DNA of 64,000 nt. Origin: Octopus sinensis (lineage: Eukaryota). The stretch lies in the NCBI RefSeq assembly GCF_006345805.1, contig NC_042997.1:206584001-206648000 (forward strand), read 5' to 3'. Below are positions 36,290-49,699 of this stretch, piece after piece. Numbering within the stretch: the stretch's first letter is position 1; the number at the start of each line of letters is the position of its first letter. The notes under the pieces were generated by a model. It searched no databases. It was not told the origin of the DNA and was given only the letters and a program-made list of their open reading frames with translations. Position numbers and translations under genes: made by a program.

Positions 36290-37785
36290 GTTGTCACTTC
36301 TCAGTATTTTGTCCAGCTGTCTCACAATTCTCCTGTGCAGAGCTGTCAAGTTTTTAAGCCCAAAGCCCTGAACCCCCTCTGGGCCAGGCACTTTTCAGTC
36401 AGCAATTTTCCTGTACTGATCTCTAATCATCTCCTCAGATATTCTAAAATCCTCCTGCTTATACTCTCCACTCTCCTCTTTCAGTGTCTTTAGTTTCATG
36501 TCGTTTCTCCTGAGACCATATGTTTAACCAGAATCTTCTGATTTCCTCAGCATCCGGCATGGCTTTTTCACCTTTTTCTTTTTCCCATCCAGTTCCTAAT
36601 AGGGTCGTTTCTGATTTTGTTCAAAGAAAAGTCTGTTTAATCTGTATTGCTCAATTCTCTGTTCATATCTTTTAAATTTATGTGCTTTAGCTTTCGACCC
36701 CTGTTTTAATTCCTCAATCACAACATAGATTCCTTTTCTCTTCACCCTATACTTCCTCTCTAGCTCAACATATTTCTCTCACTGAACTTCATTTCTCTTT
36801 TTGCAGTAGTCTGTCCAAAACAGGCAGAACTAGTCATTTCAGTTAGGGAAGAGAAGGAAATCAGCAAAAAAAGGGGCAACTGCTTAACAACAATGTATAA
36901 AATGCTAACGTCTGTCCTGACTGAATATACCTATAGTTTTTTAATAGAAAGTGGCATATTCCCTAATGAGCAAAAAGGATGTAAACATGGGTCTTATGGT
37001 TGTAAAGATCAGATGCTCGTCAATAAGATGATCTCAGAAGATTGTCACGAACAACACAAAAACTTGTCAATAGCCTGGATAGACTATATAAAAAGGTTTT
37101 TATAGCCTACCACATAGCTGGATTAAGAAATGTCTGGAAATGTATAAAATAGCACCTACTCTGCAAAACTTTTTGTCTGCTAGTATGAGATCATGGAGAA
37201 CCACACTAACTTTGAACAGTAACGATAAATCTCTTAATGTTGGAGATGTCAGAATTTCATGTGTCATTTTCCAAGGTGACTCTCTATCACCACTCCTCTT
37301 TCGTCTGGCCTTACTCTCTTGAAATTGCTCAATGATGTACAGTACAGTTATAAAATGTTTGATAAAAATATAAATCATCTCTTTTACATGGATGATTTAA
37401 AGCTCTTTTCAAAAAATGACTACAGGGCTTACAAGCGATTATTAAACAATTCCAGTGATGACATCAGAATACAATTTGGCCTCCATAGATGTGCAAAAGC
37501 TACTTTTATCAAAGGAAAAATGACAGAAACATCCAACGTTAACCACGACCAGCAGAATGTCATAAAGGAGTTAGAACCAATGGAGAGCTGCAGATTCCTA
37601 GGGGCATCAAACATTCAATGATGAGGGAAAACATCAGAAAAGATGCCATCACAAGGTAAGGGCAATACTCAAGACAGAGTTGAATACAAGAAACAGGATT
37701 GAAGCGATCAATGCTTTAGCCATACTAATCATGACTTACAGTTTCAATATCGTTAACTGGTCAATTACTGAAATACGTAATATGT
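36290..37785. mobile_element. R4-like LINE RT fragment with inverted 5' part
   Basis: Minus 36290-36810: PGPEGVQGF.LKNL. Plus from ~36815: TGRT...CLTTMYKMLT, EQKGC...GCKDQ, AWIDY, FQGDSLSPLLF, NHLFYMDDLKLF. Confidence 0.75.
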
Positions 37786-38265
37786 GCTCTACAATTTCTC
37801 TATTGTACCTCCTTGATCACACTTTAGCCTTTCAACACCTAGCATAACCCCTACATAACCCTTTTGGTTCCTCACTCCATTTAGTAGGAGTGTTTTTCCT
37901 TTTTTTTTTGTCTTGGACATTACTTGGCAACCTCACTAGTAATGACGGCAGGAAAATTGCCCCCAGTCCACTCTGTAAAGTGGTTGGCATTAGGAAGGGC
38001 AATAGAAACCTTGCCAAAGCTGACCCTAGAGGTCAATGCTGCTCACCAGATCCTGTCAAACTATTCAATGCAAGCAAATATGGAAAATGAATGTTAAATG
38101 ACGATGATGATGATGGTTTTTAACATTGCTTTATATTAATCTAATGTGTTCACAGTAATTACATACAAATTGTCCAACCTATGCAAGCATGGACAACAGA
38201 TATTAAATGATGACAATGATGATGTCTTTAAATGATTTCATGAAATAAAGAATATTTCTTCTAAC

Positions 38266-38446
38266 CTTTTTCCGATTCAAAAGTGATAATAACTTCCTCA
38301 GAATATTGGATCCGTTCTGGGATTCCTTTAATAGGTCCTCCACTTGATCTCTTCTTGTTCTCAAAATAAGACTGAATGGCTTCCAAACGGAAATCAGTTG
38401 GGACTCCTGACACCAATATCGTTCTGCCCTCTTCATCTCCTCCCAT
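38266..38446 (-). CDS. PARP14: PARP14-like macro-PARP, first coding exon (RRM1); exon spans 38266-38463 including 17 nt of 5'UTR
   Basis: Acceptor ttttacag|gaa at 38464-38465, donor aaag|gttag at 38264-38265. ATG at 38446 in good context (agtATGg). Translation MGGDEEGRTILVSGVPTDFRLEAIQSYFENKKRSSGGPI...IITFESEK contains the YFENxxRSxGG motif typical of PARP14/PARP10 RRMs. 181 coding nt, phase 1. Confidence 0.85.
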
Positions 38447-38787
38447 ACTCGTGGCAGATATTCCTGTAAAATAAAACCAAGATTTAATGCTAGACAAATA
38501 CAAGTTACTCACCATCAATGTAACAATACTGTGCTATCCACATCATAAACATCCACTTTACATGCCTGATGTAAACCTGAAATACATGTAGCCTTCAAAC
38601 AGTCCAGATATGCTAGAAGTAACAGCCAAAGTTTTTCAAAAGTTCACCCAACTATTTTTAAAATAGACAGCTTACCACATGGAGTAAAGGCTGCAAAGAC
38701 GTTCAGATAAGCAATCTCTTGATTCAACTTAGCAAAACCTAATTCCCCATTTTACATCATTCATATTTCACTCCTATAGCTCATTTA

Positions 38788-38833
<46 letters not shown>

Positions 38834-38919
38834 GCCTATCTATCTATCTATCTGCCTATCTATCTATCTATCTATCTGCCTATCTATCTATCTATCTATC
38901 TGCCTATCTATCTTTCTGC

Positions 38920-38973
<54 letters not shown>

Positions 38974-38975
38974 GC

Positions 38976-39038
<63 letters not shown>

Positions 39039-39152
39039 CCTACTTACCTGTCTGTCTGTCTGTCTGTCCGTCCGTCCGTCCGTCCGTCCGTCCGTCCGTC
39101 CGTCCGTTCTTCCGTCCATCCGTCCATCCATCCATCCATCCATCCATCCATC
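38788..39152. repeat. Compound tetranucleotide microsatellite (TATC)n-(CTGT)n-(CCGT)n-(CCAT)n
   Basis: Read directly from the sequence. Confidence 0.95.
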
Positions 39153-40196
39153 AGCTCTCAAGCAACTCTGCCGTCCTGGGTCAACCTTGAGTGACTCCAT
39201 CACAACCAAACCATTCTATAGGGGATTAGTGGAGGGGAGGTACGACGACGAGCTCGGGGCGAACCTGGACGTCGACGAGGAATACCTGACCCACCTGTTC
39301 GGGACGACTTTCAGGCCAGGGCCCATGGACAACTTCCAGAGATCCCTGGCCTGGCAGTGCTACCGAGAAGCGCTACCTGTTCGGGATAAGCTCAACAGAC
39401 ACGGCTCGAGAAACACGGGCCGACCTGCCCAAGATGCGGTCAGAACGACGAAACCGTTCTGCACGCACTCATGCAGTGTCCAACAATTTCCGACCTGTGG
39501 GCTTATGTCAAACAACTACTGTCACGTGTGGGACGAGTCGGTTTATCAGCTGAGTCTATCGTCAATATTGTCACGCCTCCTTCCTTCAAACGGGAAGGAA
39601 GAGCTATTTTCATCATCCTTGTGGCTATGGCAAAAGAATGTATCTGGTGGACGCGTCTGAAAGGATTGGAGACAAACACTTTCCTCTCTGGTCAACCTCT
39701 CATCAACTTCTTCAAGTACCACTTGAAAAGGAAAGTGAGAGTAGAGAGGCAAGTTTTGTCTAGCGAACATTTTAAAAAAAGATGGGTGAATGTAGCAAGG
39801 ATGGCATGTATGAATGACGAAGCCACCTTGAGCATAATCCTATGAACCCAGAAATTGAAAACAGAGGGTTACCCACTTGCAAACAAATGTGGTAACATAT
39901 AACAATATTGACCAAGGTTACCGTGGTCTTTTTCGTAGGCTTTTCTTCCCACGGATAAACCTTACTTGCTTTCCCCTTTACGCCATATATCATGACACTG
40001 TGATACACGATCCCTATTGATCGTTGTTTTTTTCCTTTTTTCTGCTTTACCTTTTTTTTCTTTTTTTCTTTTTTCCCTTTTATGATCCCTTTTGATCGAA
40101 AACCTACGCCACCTTTTTTTTTTCTCCCCAAAAGAAAAGCTCTACCTTGTAACTTGTCCCATCTGTATGCAGCCCTGTGTGGCCAATAAAGAAACT
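39153..40196 (+). mobile_element. 5'-truncated Tx1-like LINE (ORF2 C-terminus and 3'UTR)
   Basis: Homologous to 45073-46050 ([28 protein letters not shown]). Ends aataaagaaact followed by (TATC)n. Confidence 0.85.
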
Positions 40197-40223
40197 TATC
40201 TATCTATCTATCTATCTATCTAT

Positions 40224-43200
40224 GGACGTGCTGTCACTTCGGCTCCGAAGGTAATCGTTTATTTTGACTATTTATAGCCCATATTTTGTGTACATTTTTG
40301 TAAATAAGGTGTGTAAGGCACCCAACTTTCGTTTGAGTGCTTTTCCAAGGGAGGAATTCGCCCCTAGGGGCAGTTTCAACCCTATTTAATTTGTGTAATT
40401 TTCTTCTTGACATTGAAAATGTCGAGAAATTTTATTGTAGAATGCTGGTCGCGTTCTTTTATGGATCAGCATTTCCTAGTCTGGAAACGCTAGGAGAAAA
40501 AAAGAACGTATGCACGCAAAGTGCAAACCTGAATGACGTGGTAGTGAACGCTGCAACCACTTGCAGTAACAGCCCTGTCACCACCACCACCACCACTAAC
40601 AACAACAACAACAAGACTACTACTGCTACCACCTCCACCTCCACCACCACCACCACGACCAACATAAATGATTAAAATGAAACTCACGCGAATACTATTA
40701 AGAAAAACAACAACAAGAACAACAATAAAAATGAACTATCTAATAGTGAAGATGTTAATATTAAAACAACACCACTATTAAATTTCGCTGACACTCTGCG
40801 TCAGAAGAAAGAAATAGTAACATTTACAAATGAAGAGCTAATAGAAACGAGAGCTCTCTTTACAACCCGTGGGCAAGATTTAGTGCTGCATACACCTCAA
40901 CACATAAAGGAACAAATAGAAAATAAGACAATTATATATAAAATTATAAGAAAAAACAAAAAACAAAATGAACAGATTACAAAAACGGATATAGAAAAAT
41001 GTTTAAAAAACATAATGAAAAATAAAGAATATATAAACTGGGGTCCCCAGTTTAACACAGTAGTGGTCCGCTTCCCTAACCAGGAAGTGGCAAAAGCTCA
41101 CTCTACCGAGTCTTTCGAAAATGATGATATCAAAATGGTACCTTATTTCAAAGGCCAGAGAGTGAGTAGAATTACTATTAAAAATGTACCCCTGAGATCC
41201 CGAACAAATGGATAACAGGGGCAATCTGTTACCATTTGAAAAAGATCAATATTTTAGAAACCGCCGTGTACCTAAACGACAATTGGGGTGGAAAAACAAT
41301 AGTAGTGACCATCCAGATTGAGGGGCCTCTATCGAAAACCTACCCGATAGGATCCACCTAGAAAATGGGCAAAGCCTATATGTTGTGGCAGAAGGCAAAA
41401 AGCCTAGATGCTACAACTGTGGCAGCCCAGAGCATTTAATTGCCAAGTGCGCTCTGCCACAGAAAAAACAAGAAAGAACAAATCAGTAAACAAATAAAAA
41501 ACCCTTGTTGCCAACACCAACACCAACACACTCAATTGTGGAACAATGCCAAGAAGAAAAACAACAAACCAGCAAACAAACCCCAACAACATCACCAAGA
41601 AAAGAAACAGTACCAACAAAATCACCGTTGACGACGCAACCAATTCATCATGCTGAACCAAAAGATAGACCCACACCAACACCCAGGACGACAATTAAAA
41701 AGACAGAAAACAGTGACGAGAAGACAAATTCTACCCCTAACACCATAACAACACAAACACCGCACAAAACATCAACAATTTCTACAAGTATACATATTAA
41801 CACAAATGCTTTGCCTTTACCCCCTTCTGATACGTCGGACGCCGAAAGTTCGACGGAATGGCAAATAGCCACAGGGGGTAAAAGGAAAAGATCAAAAAAG
41901 CCCACCAAACAAGGAAGTAAAGCAGGGAGATATTTAACTCCGGATAGAATCCCCTTAGACAATCAAAAAATCAATGAACCCGCAAAACCACACACACAAC
42001 TAACTGCAATAGACACGGACAATAAAAAATTAATGGATTACATTGTATCCAACACGGACATCTGTGAAGATGACTTTTAGACAAACAATCATCCGCGCAC
42101 CACACCACCGAAGCACATAAAAATTGTACACATAACGCAAACACAACACCATACACTGAAAACAATATTTCCAAATGCGGTAGGCGGGTTTCAATGATAC
42201 CTCTCCAAAAAACTATACAAACACCTCCTCAAAGACACTAAAAAAGAAGAAGAAAAAACTGAAACTTTCGAAATGAGTAAGCGACCTTCCCTCTTGCCTC
42301 TTGTCTCTTCCAATGTTTGTGTGTGAAACACAATTTTCGTAAACGTCAATTATGCTTAAATTAGGTTGTGTGAATGCGCGTGGCTTGGCGTCAGCTTGGA
42401 AGCAAGGTTACCTTCTAAACGACATCAAGTCACTGAACGTGGATATAGTAGCTATCAGTGAAACCAGACTCAGCAAGCCGCGGGCCCTCGCATCCATGTT
42501 TGGCAATCAATTTGACATTTATTTTTCTCCCTGTCTACCGAACATGGGTGGTGGAGGTACCACAGTGCTTTTTCGAATGAGTCTAAATGTAAAAGTAAGA
42601 GCAATATTCCTAGACCCGGAGGGTAGGCTGGTTGTCTTGGACGTGGATGGCAGAAATGGTTGTGCATTCCATCTGATGGCAGTTTATGCACCGTCCTTAA
42701 CGGGTCGGGCGGATTTCTTCAGACGTTTAGAGGTTTTCCTGGGTATATCTAGACCTTTACTGTTAGTAGGGGATTGGAACACTACCTTGGACACGCATCT
42801 AGATTATGTGGGAATGGATAAGAATAGAAGGGGGTGTAAGTGCCTCAAAGACCTACTCAGACGTTTCCATTTGTCTGACAGGTTCCGACTCGACCATCCA
42901 AACGTGCCAATGTGGACTTGGACAAACCGCATCGGATCGTCGAGATCTTATCTAGATAGAATTCTATGCAGGACAGCGGATAGGGATAGTGTAGGATGTC
43001 CACAATTTAAAATAGTCAGCTACACAGATCACAAATTTGTGACGTGTACGCTCGACTTAGATAAAACACATAGGCAGGGTCCCGGTTACTGGAAACTGAA
43101 CACGTCGCTCTTAGCGCGACAGGTTTACAGGAACCGGATTAGCGAGTTAATTAAGAGGGCGCTGACAGGGGCCGTCGTTAACGACCGCTGGTGGTAGGCC

Positions 43201-46050
43201 CTGAAAATGGCAATAAAATCGGAATCAATTAGGTTTAGCAAAGAATTAGCAATAGATCAAAATAGAGTAGACGGAGACCTGGTTAAGAAACTATAAGAGG
43301 CACTAACCACTGGCGGCGCAACCAACGTGCTGGCTGCGAGGATGGCCCTCGACCAACACCTCAACGCCAAGCACGAAGATTGCGTCGTCAGAGCTAAAAT
43401 GCATGCCTTAAGGAACGAAGGGATTGAAGCTGCGCGAGAGGCCCGGGTAGTGGAGGCGCAGCGTGGCAACAGAGCCACCATTCAGTCTCTAATAGATCAA
43501 CAGGGATGCAGTTTACTCGAACCCGAAAGGATGTGTGAGGCCTTTCAACAGCACCTTGCTCGACTGTTTGGTGCGAGTGGTGGGTCGGAACGCGGGATGG
43601 ATTTCAGTGCCTACCTGACTGACCTGCCATGGCTCTCGGCAAGAGAAGCGAAGTGTTGTGAAAGTCCCATCACAGCCGCTGACGTGCAGGATGCGATGGC
43701 GGGCTGTGTGAGGGATAAGTCGCCTGCATTGGATTGTCAAATGCCAGACTTGTTTGGCGACCTCTTGGCATCAGTCTACTGCAACTGGCAACAAAACGGG
43801 AGAATCCCCGGTTTCGTGAGCCGAGGTTCAGTGACGTTGCTGAAGAAAGACCCAAACAAGGGGAATTTTATAGATAATTTCAGGCCCATCACTCTGCTCA
43901 ACGCAGATTTGAAAATTTTGGCCAAAGTAATAGCTGAGAGGTTGGCATTTGTCGTTGGTAAGCTGGTCGACAGGGCGCAAACATGCGCCATGCCGGGTTT
44001 ACCATACATGACAACCTCCATCTGATGCGCTACATTGTGGACAGGGTAGTTAAGGATCCTGGCATGGGTGGGGCGCTGATCAATTTGGATCAGTCTAAAG
44101 CCTTAATAGGGTCGACCATCGGTACTTGGCGGCCGTCTTCAGGGCGGCTGGCTTCGGTCCCGTCTTCCGCGGTTGGATCGTTGCCTTGTATAGCGGCATC
44201 CGATCGGTGATTTGGGTGAACGGTCACCTGTCGAAACCGTTTGACATCACGCGTTCGGTCCGTCAGGGGTGTCCCCTGTCGGCGCTTCTGTATGTATTGA
44301 CTCTCGAGCCGCTACTGCGGAAGCTGGCGACACTGAGGGGCATCCCATGGGAACTGGGTTACGGGACGAGTGTGTCAGCATATGCGGACGATGTCACCGT
44401 CATAGTGTCGAGCGAAAAAGACATCCAGATGATAGGCGAGACACTAAAAAAATACGAAACGTTGACAGGAGCGAAAATTAACCTGGAAAAGTCAGTGGGT
44501 TTGCTACTCGGCACCTGGAGAAGCAAGCCCATGCCGTCCGACTGCAGCTTAATAGTGGGACGCTGGATGGACGGACCGGTTATATTGCTCGGGGTCTGGT
44601 TCAGTCCGGACCTCCAAATGGATAAGAACTGGGACGAGATCACGAGTAGAGTGGTCGTTCTCAGCCAAACGTGGGCCAAGAGAAAGCTGTCTCTAAAAGG
44701 TCGGGCGGAGGTGGCGAACGCGTACATCGCATCCGTCATCGATTACCGCCTGACCGTCGTGCCTTGTCCCGACGTCACCATCACCAAACTGGAGTGCACA
44801 CTCTTCCGCTTCCTGTGGAAGGGTGGGGTTCCGATGGTGAGGAGGTCCATTTGCTGTCAACATCTGTTAAATGGAGGACTGGGAATGCCGTGGTTGATGA
44901 TGCGCAGGCATGCGCTGAGACTGCGACATCTCTGGAACTTCATCGATGATGGTGAACAGGTGTGGGCGCCGTTTGTGAGGGGCACCTTCCCGCAGCTCGT
45001 CTCACTGACCGAACTGCAAACGTGAATCAAAAAGAGACCGAAACTGGGCGATTGACACCGAGAGTGTCGCCAAGCTCTACAGCAGCTCTGCCGTCCGGGG
45101 TCAAACTTGTGCAACTTACAAACGACTAAAGCGTTTTATAGAGGACTAGTGGAGGGGAGGTCCGACAACACACTCGGGGCAAACGTGGGTGTCGACGAGA
45201 AATTCCTGACCCGCCTTTTCAGGACTACATTCGGGCCACGGCCTATGGATAACTTCCAGAAATCCCTGGCTTGGCAATGCTATCGGGATGCACTACTTGT
45301 TCGAGAGAAGAGCTACAGGCACGGTTCGAAAACCATCACCGGACCGACCTGCCCAAGATGCGGTCAGAACGACGAAACCGTTCTGCACACACTCGTGTAG
45401 TGTCCAGATATTTCAGAGCTGTGGACCTTCGTCGAACAGCTGTTGTCGCGTGTAGGACGGACCCGCTTATCGGCCGAGTCTATCGTGAATATTGTTCCAC
45501 CACCTTCCTTTAAACGGGAAGGGAAAATGGTTTTCGTTACACTGATGGCTATGGCGAAAGAATGTGTGTGGTGGACGCGTTTGAAAGGACTAAAAACAAA
45601 CACCTTCCTCTCTGGTCAGTCTCTCGTCAACTTTTTCAAGTACCACATGAAAAGGAGGATGAGAATAGAGAGGAAGGCTTTGTCGAACGAATGTTTTAAT
45701 AAAAAGTGGGTAAAAGTGGCAAAAATGGTCAGTATGAAAGACGACACCATTTTAAGCGTAAATCTGTAACCTAAATAGACAACGAGAGGTAAGGTGACTT
45801 ACTCATGTGTTCATTTTCGAACTGTCTGAGGTGACCTTGGTCTTTTTTGTAGGTTTTTCTTTCCAAGGCTACACCTAAACTGTGAACTTTATATATATTG
45901 CTTTTTTTATACACCACACAACCCACAGATTCCTATTGATCGAACGTTTTTTCTTTGTGTCCCACCCATCCCACCTTGAAAAGAAAAAACTCTACATTGT
46001 ATTTCGTCCAATTTTTCTGTGTTTAGCCCTGTGTGGCTACAATAAAAAGT
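40224..46050 (+). mobile_element. Near full-length Tx1/L1-clade LINE (ORF1 and ORF2), inactivated by stops and frameshifts
   Basis: ORF1 remnants with zinc knuckle CYNCGSPEHLIAKC (41409-41450). ORF2 from ATG 42352: NARGL, ISET, VYAP, GDWN, SYLDRI, TDH, PGYWKLN (APE); RPITLLNAD.KI, RQGCPLS, AYADDV (RT); CPRC...ETV.H (C-terminal). (TATC)n on both flanks. Confidence 0.9.
42352..45769 (+). pseudogene. Tx1-like ORF2 (APE endonuclease and reverse transcriptase), disrupted
   Basis: Consecutive ORF pieces 42352-43197, 43327-44025, 44126-45025, 45107-45400 and 45443-45769 are colinear parts of one ORF2. Confidence 0.85.
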
Positions 46051-46073
46051 TATCTATCTATCTATCTATCTGC

Positions 46074-46107
<34 letters not shown>

Positions 46108-46385
46108 GCCTATCTATCTATCTATCTGCCTATCTATCTATCTATCTATTATTATTATATTCATTATTGTTATTATTTATTATTATTATTATCATCATCA
46201 TCTATATATATGTTTGTATGTATTCATTTGGGTGTGTGTTTTTATGTATATAAATACATGTGTATTTGTGTATATAAGTGCATGTGCATTTATATATATA
46301 TTGTTCTTGATTCCCAAAATTTATGTATATATTTGTAAGTATATATCTATATTTCTCTCCTTCTCTCTCTCTCTCTGTCTCTCTC

Positions 46386-46434
<49 letters not shown>

Positions 46435-46438
<4 letters not shown>

Positions 46439-46710
46439 GAAATTTACAGGGAAACAAAAGCAAAGACAGGTGTATGAACAACAAGCAGGTGTAATAGTTT
46501 GATGCTCAGGAAAATGAGAAGGTCTTTTATGTTTTGAGCCTATGCTCTTCAGCATAAAGAAGTAAGAGAAAATAAACAGAGAGAGAATAAAAAAACTTTT
46601 GGGTTTAGCTATCAAGCATGGTGACTGGTTGGGAGAAAAAGGTTTGACAGGAGAGGTTGAAAGAACGGGAGATAATAAAGTATTGGTGATCCCAAAACGA
46701 AGGTGTGCAT
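46435..46710 (-). mobile_element. Short interspersed element resembling a Penelope terminal repeat, with degenerate hammerhead-like core
   Basis: The minus strand reads ctttatgCTGAAGAgcataggctcAAAAcataaaag (46524-46559), embedded between (TA)n and TG-rich tracts. Confidence 0.35.
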
Positions 46711-47009
46711 ACATGTGTGTGAGAATGTATAAGTATGTGTGTTTGGATAGGGGCTAGTAGCTTTGACATGTGAATGTGTGCATGTGTGAGTGCGTCTGTA
46801 ATATGTGGGTGTGCAGATGATGGGTGTGATGTGGATGCTGGGAAGTGTTCAGTGCTAGTGTGTGGGGACATATATACAGGGGTATATATGCCAACATATA
46901 TACGCCAACCACTCCGAGAGTGTAGTGTGTGCTTTTATGTGCCACCGGCACAAGGGCCGGTCAAGCAGTTCTGGCAACAACCATGCTCAAATGGTATTTT
47001 AATATATAT

Positions 47010-48261
47010 ATTAAGTCATCCCATAATTAATGCGATTTTTATACTTCTTTTGTTTTTCAAAATTGAGATAAACAAAGTTCTTTTTTAATCTAAAATATAC
47101 TCTCCTTCATTTTGTACAATGCTCATCAATCTCTCTAGTAGACTTGCAAAGCCCCACTTCCAAAATTCACTCGTCTGTGATGAAAAATACTCCTCCAGTA
47201 CTGTTCTGACCTTGTCTATAGAATTCATATTTTTTCTGTCCAAATGATTTTGAAGACTGTGGAATGAATGATAACTAGATGGGCAATATACAATGAATAT
47301 AGTGGGTAGGGCATCGTTTCCCATTCAAACTGCCCCAGCCCTTGGAATGTTATCCTTCTGGCGAAGTATTATCCTGATGGAATAACACCTTTCTTCTTGA
47401 AACCAAGGATGGCCATTTGTCTTCTAACGCTGACTTAAGCTGCTCAAAGTAGATCCCTTTTGTTATCATTTAGTTTGGGTTTAAAAGTTCAGTGGACTAA
47501 ACTTTTCGTATCCCACCAAACAGATAACAACGTCTTACATGGGTGAAAACTTTCTTTAGCCTGGGGTGCTAGTGTTTCTCTTTTCCCTAACCAGTCTGGT
47601 ACTTATTTTTATAGAGAACCCATTTCTCATCACCAGTCACTATTCAGTCCATAGAAGGTTCATTTGTGACACATGACAGCAAAGAAGAGTGCACATTCAC
47701 TCTCTGCATGTGATTAGACTCAGAAAGTTTGTGAGGAACCCATTGACCCAATTTGCTGACTTTTCTGAAGGCACACAGGTATCAATGAAAGGTTGAATGA
47801 CCTAATCCAAGCTTTTCTGTTAATTCCTCAGCAGTTACTATGGGATTTTGTTCCACCAGGGTGTGCAGGATGTCCTCATCAAGCTCTATAAATCTACCAG
47901 GATGAGGTGCATTTTCAAGGCTGTTGCTTCCAGCTTAGGATTTCTGGAACCACAGTTGACACTGGCTTATACTTATTGTTTGATCCCCATATACTACCTT
48001 AATATTCCTTGCACTTTCCATTGTGGTGTTGCCTTTATTGAACTCATAAAGCACAATATGCCGAATATGCTCCTTTGCCATTTATATTGTAGCTTTGAAA
48101 AAATAACTGTTAAAATTGAACTGCACTCTTCAAAGCTTGCACTAAGAATAAGGACAAGGTAGTATTACTAGCTGCTTTTATAGAAAGTTGATGCAGGTAA
48201 TTTACCATCCCTGTGACTTTAAGTTCATGCAATTGAAAAAAACTGCATTATTTATGGGATT
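47010..48261 (-). mobile_element. Mariner (Tc1/mariner) transposon, decayed
   Basis: TIRs taagtcatcccataattaatgcgattttt (47012-47040) and aaaaaactgcattatttatgggat (48237-48260). C-terminal transposase PSSYHSFHSLQNHL...FW..G...L.ER...IV..EGEY. Confidence 0.8.
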
Positions 48262-48264
48262 AGG

Positions 48265-48770
48265 AGAGCGGTATCAAATTGTTGGATCAGATGATAAAAA
48301 TTATGGAGAGAGTCATAGGCCAACTAATTATGGAGGGAATTAGCCTAGGTGAGATGCAGTTTCGTTTCGTGCCAGGGAGAAGCACCACTGATGCTATATT
48401 TCTGGTAAGAAAGCTGCAGGAGAAATACCCAGCCAAAGATAAACCTCTGTACCTGGCTTTTCTTGACTTTGAGAAAACCTTTGTCAGGGTCCCCAATCTC
48501 TTAACTGGTGCTCAATGTGGAAACTAGTGATAGACGAGTGATTGGTGAGTGCTATACAAGCTATGTACAAGAATGCTACCAGTAAGATGAAAGTTAGCAA
48601 TGAGTATGGCAAAGAATTCAGGTTACAAGTAGGGGTTCACCAAGGATCATTCCTCTGCCCATTCTTGTTCATCATAGTCCTCCAGGCAATAACAGAGGAA
48701 ATCAAGACAGGCTGCCCCTCGGAGCTCCTCTATACTGATAACTTTGCATTTATAGCTGAATCACTACCTG
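48265..48770 (+). mobile_element. RTE LINE RT-core fragment
   Basis: KIMERV, QF.FVPGRSTTDAIFLVRKLQEKY, AFLDFEK.F.RVP, VGVHQGS.L.P.LF, ELLY.D. Confidence 0.8.
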
Positions 48771-49699
48771 CCTCACAGAGGCAAAGTGGCCAAGTTCCTT
48801 TTGAGCGTTGGGCCTCACAGAGGCAAAGTGGCCGAGTTCATTTTAAGCATTGGATTTCACGGAGGTAAAGTGGCTGAGTTCCTTTTGAGTGTTGGGCCTC
48901 ATGGAAGCAATGACCAAGACCAATTCCGTTATGTGGTGCTTGAGAAGAAGGTCCATTAAGCCAAGCCAAATTGCAGTTGTGACAGATACCAGTGTCACAC
49001 AAATGGTACCTGTGTCGGTGGCCCATAAAGGTACCCATTACACTCTCAGAGTGGTTGGCATTAAGAAGGGTATCCAGCTGTAGAAAGTTCAAATACATTT
49101 GATGAAAATTTTAGTAAATTCTAACTTCGGGTGCAACATTTAAAATTTTCTTTCTTCTTGTCCCATATTTTTCCAGATTCAATACTTAAGAATATTCTAG
49201 CAACCTACACCTGCATTTTTCATTCTAATATACACACATACAATCTCTCCATCCTGAAGACACAGTTCAGATTTATCCACTGTTTATTTGCTTCCATTTT
49301 TGGTTGCATATTTAGTTGAACTACATCTGCTAACATTATGAAGTAACTCTGAACCCTCAGAAACAGATATCAGACTTGTAACACTATATCTTAGCCTCTT
49401 TAATTTTCTGTGTCAGTGTAAGTTTCTTCTATTAATATATAAATATCTATATATTTATCACCTGAAAATTTTCAGTCTTTGCTTTCTCTTTCTTATCATG
49501 TATACATGTATATATCAATAGAATATCAAACCCAAGGAGTTTAATTTGTGTATCTGCCTCATCCCCCCTCTCTCTCTCTCTTCCCCTCTCTTGTTCTCAC
49601 ATTCTTTCTCTTTCTTACAAACACATAATTACAGTTAACCCTTTACCATTTGGGTCAGGGGCACCTACATAACCACACACAAACTCTTTCTTGCTGGTT

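Noticed and set aside
45882-46480. Short ORFs over (TATC)n, (TA)n and (CA)n tracts, also at 57242-57678
   Set aside because: These are microsatellite translations with no coding signal.
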